DNA of 64,000 nucleotides from an uncultured delta proteobacterium (GTDB lineage: Bacteria; Desulfobacterota; Syntrophia; Syntrophales; CAMTWB01), in assembly GCA_947085375.1 (NCBI GenBank), contig CAMTWB010000026.1, positions 7,689 to 71,688 on the forward strand, read 5' to 3'. The position numbers and the translations under genes were made by a program. The notes under the pieces are model-generated. The model searched no databases, had not been told where the DNA came from, and was given only the letters and a program-made list of their open reading frames with translations. This document shows, one piece after another, positions 61,884-64,000 of this stretch (within the stretch, counting starts at the first letter, position 1; each line of letters begins with the position of its first letter).

Positions 61884-63686
61884 CTACAAAGCGGCTTTCT
61901 TTGGGTTATGAGGCGTCTGGGAGACAATCTTGATGGATAGCTCCATCAACTGCTCTAAAGATACCTTGGAAGGTGCGCCACTAAGGAGACAGCCGGCTTT
62001 CTGCGTTTTGGGAAACGCGATGACGTCCCGGATGGATTCGGCGCCGGCCATGAGCATTACCATCCGATCCAAACCGAAAGCTATCCCGCCGTGGGGAGGG
62101 GCGCCATACTGAAGGGCTTCCAGGAAAAACCCGAATTTTGAATCCAGATCTGCTTCGGTAAGTCCCAGGGCTGTGAATATCTGTGCCTGAACTTCCCGGC
62201 TGTGGATACGGATACTTCCCCCACCGATTTCCGAACCGTTGAGCACCAGGTCATAGGCGCGCGCCCTTACCCGGGTCGGATCGGTCAAAAGGTAGGGCAG
62301 GTCCTCCAAATACGGCGAGGTAAAAGGATGATGGGTGGAAACATACCTCTTGTCAGTCTCGCTGTACTCCATCAAGGGAAACTCGGTTACCCAGGTGAAG
62401 GAGAACTTGGCGTTATCGATCAGGTTAAGTTTCTTGGCCAGGTGCAGCCGCAGGTTTCCCAGAGCGGCGTTGACCACGCCGACTGAATCGGCCAAAATAA
62501 AGATCAACGATCCCTCGCGGGCGGACAGCCTTTCGTTGATGGTAGCGATCTCAGTGTGTTTGAGGTGTTTGGCAACCGGTGATGCCCAGCCCTCGGAATT
62601 AACACGCGCCCAGGTTAGCCCCCTTGCCCCATGGGTCGCAACGAAGTCCTTCAAATCATCCAGCTCCTTGCGGGAAAAGGCGCTGCCTTCTTCGATCATG
62701 ATGGCCTTGATGATGCCTCCCCGGGCAATGACCTCGCGAAAAAGCTGAAAATCACATTGCTCCAGGATATCTGTTAAGTCATGGAGGTAGAGGGCAAAGC
62801 GGGTGTCCGGATTGTCTTTGCCGTAACGGCTCATGGCTTCCTGATAGGTCAGGCGGGGGAAGGGCAGGGAAAGATTGCGGGCCATACAGGTTCGGAAGAG
62901 CTCCCCAAAAAGGCGCTCGATCACCGCAATGATGTCTTCTTCGTCGCAGAAGGACATTTCCACGTCAATCTGGGTGAATTCCGGCTGCCGGTCCGCCCGA
63001 AGGTCTTCGTCACGAAAGCATTTGACTATCTGGTAATAGCGGTCAAAACCGGAAACCATCAGAAGTTGCTTGAACAATTGCGGCGACTGGGGCAGGGCGT
63101 AGAAGAGCCCCTGATTGATACGGCTGGGAACCAAGTAATCACGGGCTCCTTCCGGGGTACTCTTGGTTAGAAAAGGCGTTTCCACCTCCAGAAACCCTTC
63201 CTGTTGGAAATAATTACGCACTGTTGCCGCAACCAGACTCCTCAAAATTATATTTTTTTGCAGCTCGGATCGCCTGAGATCAAGATAACGGTATTGCAAA
63301 CGGATATTTTCGGATGTTTCGTTTGAGCCATCCAGCGGAAAGGGAGGAGTCTTGGCTTCATTGAGAACCTGGAAAGATTTAACCAGGATCTCTATTTCAC
63401 CAGTGGTCATATCCGGGTTTGCCATTCCGGATGGTCGCATGCGAACCCGTCCCTCCAGGGCCAGTACAAATTCACTTCGAATAGACTTCGCCGCATCATC
63501 CATTTCATCCGGGGTAATTACCGCCTGCACCAGGCCAGTACGATCACGAAGATCGACAAAAATGACACCTCCGTGGTCTCGGCGGCGATGCACCCAGCCC
63601 ATCAGTACCACATCGCGACCAAGATCGGCTGGTCTTAAGTTTCCGCAATAGTCGGTGCGTTTTAAGTCCTTTATAAATTCACTCAC
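61884..63686 (-). CDS. aspS: aspartate--tRNA ligase
   Basis: [22 protein letters not shown], class II motifs [18 protein letters not shown] and [13 protein letters not shown]. 600 aa. Confidence 0.95.
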   Translation of the reverse strand: MSEFIKDLKRTDYCGNLRPADLGRDVVLMGWVHRRRDHGGVIFVDLRDRTGLVQAVITPDEMDDAAKSIRSEFVLALEGRVRMRPSGMANPDMTTGEIEILVKSFQVLNEAKTPPFPLDGSNETSENIRLQYRYLDLRRSELQKNIILRSLVAATVRNYFQQEGFLEVETPFLTKSTPEGARDYLVPSRINQGLFYALPQSPQLFKQLLMVSGFDRYYQIVKCFRDEDLRADRQPEFTQIDVEMSFCDEEDIIAVIERLFGELFRTCMARNLSLPFPRLTYQEAMSRYGKDNPDTRFALYLHDLTDILEQCDFQLFREVIARGGIIKAIMIEEGSAFSRKELDDLKDFVATHGARGLTWARVNSEGWASPVAKHLKHTEIATINERLSAREGSLIFILADSVGVVNAALGNLRLHLAKKLNLIDNAKFSFTWVTEFPLMEYSETDKRYVSTHHPFTSPYLEDLPYLLTDPTRVRARAYDLVLNGSEIGGGSIRIHSREVQAQIFTALGLTEADLDSKFGFFLEALQYGAPPHGGIAFGLDRMVMLMAGAESIRDVIAFPKTQKAGCLLSGAPSKVSLEQLMELSIKIVSQTPHNPKKAAL

Positions 63687-63766
63687 AAGTCATACCTCTT
63701 TTTGGAATAATCTATTTCGGAAGATCATGCTTCGTCATAGCCATAAAATACCTCGCCTTTTGGCAA

Positions 63767-63908
63767 TGAGGAGGCGGTAAAAACTCCTATTCCCCCTCCC
63801 CCGGTGGGGGGGCAGGGGGAGGGTGGATGTAAGCATTCGATATGTCAACTATTATCACCATCTCCCCTCAAAGGAGAGGAGCCCTTTTGACTATTTACAG
63901 TGCCATCA
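63767..63908 (-). mobile_element. A-type MITE-like element upstream of aspS
   Basis: TGAGGAGGCGGTAAAAACTCC ... GACTATTTACAGTGCCATCA. The interior aligns with 23598..23759. Confidence 0.75.
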
Positions 63909-64000
63909 ATTAAATCAATCAGGGAATTTTCGATTCCATCAAGTGACAGTGGCCACTGAAGGGATCTGCGCATATCCCGCAGTTGCGCACGCCCCGATGC

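Noticed and set aside
63921-64000. Possible C-terminal end of a minus-strand gene at the right window edge (...GVRNCGICADPFSGHCHLMESKIP-stop).
   Set aside because: Only about 26 codons are visible, which is too little to establish coding or identity.

Overview
The gene content of this 64-kb window suggests an anaerobic Desulfobacterota/Syntrophia-like chromosome; that assignment is inference only.

**Left part (1-19 kb, GC-rich).** It holds the tail of an unknown gene, then atpZ-like, atpI-like and atpB with no c-subunit gene following. Next come a three-subunit 2-oxoacid:ferredoxin oxidoreductase (korABC) and a GltD-like NAD(P)H oxidoreductase with a 2x[4Fe-4S] tail. These are followed by a TAXI-type TRAP transporter, a NagZ-like GH3 lipoprotein and a CHASE2 class III nucleotide cyclase. 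The block ends with an alanine racemase carrying an unknown C-terminal domain of about 275 aa, ddl, and a CsgG-like TPR lipoprotein.

**Middle part (19.4-50.5 kb).** This is a large flagellar block:
- motA plus two motB paralogues
- fliLMNOPQR, flhBAFG and fliA
- a six-gene accessory module
- flgFGAHI, a flgJ-like gene, flgMNKL, csrA and fliW
- on the minus strand, fliC, flaG, fliD and fliS

**Right part.** It holds a sigma-28-driven 71-aa ORF, an RR-GAF-HD-GYP regulator, trmFO-topA-dprA and a secreted repeat protein. These are followed by a tRNA Arg/His/Arg cluster with decayed mobile-element debris, a homocitrate/Re-citrate-synthase-like enzyme fused to a Cache-like domain, and aspS.

**Repeats.** Intergenic spacers, including spacers inside the kor and flagellar operons, are colonised by several families of structured, TIR-bounded or REP-like repeats.

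**Most interesting points:**
- a MotB paralogue lacking the channel Asp
- the uncharacterised module downstream of fliA, which includes a pseudo-histidine-kinase
- the repeat families: a shared TIR, elements that supply stop codons and an RBS, and stems with compensatory changes
- two enzyme-domain fusions (Alr and the HMGL-family synthase)

I saw no CRISPR array, rRNA gene, transposase or recognisable defence system.
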